Source: Vitrella brassicaformis CCMP3155
Lineage: Eukaryota > Protista > Chromerida
Direction: 5' to 3'
Length of the DNA stretch: 64,000 bases
NCBI GenBank assembly: GCA_001179505.1
Contig: CDMY01000283.1
Coordinates: 72,198-136,197 of the forward strand
Shown: in pieces, positions 63,355 through 64,000 of the stretch
How positions within the stretch are numbered: position 1 is the stretch's first letter
Layout of the letters: every line of letters begins with the position of its first letter
Notes under the pieces: model-generated
Databases searched by the model: none
Told to the model about the DNA's origin: nothing
The model's input: the letters and a program-made list of their open reading frames with translations, nothing else
Made by a program: the position numbers and the translations under genes

Positions 63355-63845
63355 GCAAAAGTGGATAGAAGAGTGGAGTTGACTTTCGTTTCACTGTGGT
63401 TTTGAGAGTGATGGCAATTCTGGCGGAGCCGCTTGGGGGTTGACAAGGTAGGTATACGCATTATAGGCAGTCAGCATAATTTATTACTTACCACCCAACA
63501 TCCACTTGTTGCGCTCTGTTGTGTGGGCGAAAGTGGAAAGAAGAGTGAATTTAACTTTCATTTCACTGTAGCGTTTGAGAGTGATGGCAAGTGTGAGACA
63601 GTCGGTTGGGGGTTGAGAAGGTAAGTGTATGCATTATCTGCAGCCAGCATCTCTGATTACTTTGCACTCAACATCCAGTTGTTACGCTCCTTTGGTGTAG
63701 GCAAAAGTGGAAAGAAGAGTGAATTTAACTTTCGTTTCCCTGTAGGGTTTGAGAGTAATGGCAAGTGTGACACAGCCGGTTGGGGGTTGAGAAGGTAAGT
63801 GTATGCATTATGTGCAGCCACTATTTTTGCTTACTTTGCACTCAA
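63355..63845. repeat. Telomere-associated tandem repeat, ~3 copies of ~173 bp
   Basis: aagtgga(t/a)agaagagtg at 63359, 63531 and 63705 (spacings 172 and 174). Shared gagagtgatggcaa and ttgggggttga(c/g)aaggta. More AT-rich than the upstream sequence. Confidence 0.9.
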
Positions 63846-63878
63846 CACACCTAAACCACACACATGTCTCCCTATGTG

Positions 63879-64000
63879 TAGGGTTTAGGGTTTAGGGTTT
63901 AGGGTTTAGGGTTTAGGGTTTAGGGTTTTTTTTTTTTTTGTTAGGGTTTAGGGTTTAGGGTTTAGGGTTTAGGGTTTAGGGTTTAGGGTTTAGGGTTTAG
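63879..64000 (+). repeat. Telomeric repeat (TTTAGGG)n
   Basis: Perfect TTTAGGG heptamers run to the window end, G-rich strand pointing outward, with one oligo-T interruption at ~63927-63940. Confidence 0.97.

Noticed and set aside
1-64000. tRNA, rRNA or snRNA genes
   Set aside because: None recognised by eye; a tRNAscan-SE/Infernal run is needed to exclude them.

Overview
Right-hand end of a eukaryotic chromosome or scaffold, finishing in (TTTAGGG)n. The sequence is GC-rich and intron-dense, with (TG)n-CAG acceptors; together with the gene content this suggests a chromerid/apicomplexan relative such as Vitrella (inference). (1) ~1-28.5 kb: an all-plus-strand tandem mosaic of mostly broken multi-exon paralogs, with four 300-N gaps. 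It is built from a small set of modules: an RG-rich/FPxL/CCHC zinc-knuckle/WxPK micro-exon family with phase-0 introns (family B), two coiled-coil families (A and C) and a linker block (D). The modules are duplicated, permuted, fused inside exons and once inverted. (2) ~28.5-38 kb: spacer with a direct repeat and one apparently intact, knuckle-less, inverted family-B gene. (3) 38-61 kb: compact single-copy genes, mostly head-to-head pairs: DUF4336/coiled-coil with an MFS transporter, a cluster of three secreted proteins plus a small membrane protein, cactin with dynactin p27, and a PfSir2A-like sirtuin with a DNA ligase IV remnant lacking its catalytic core. (4) Three ~173-bp subtelomeric repeats, then the telomere. 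All exon models were spliced by eye and need RNA-seq confirmation.
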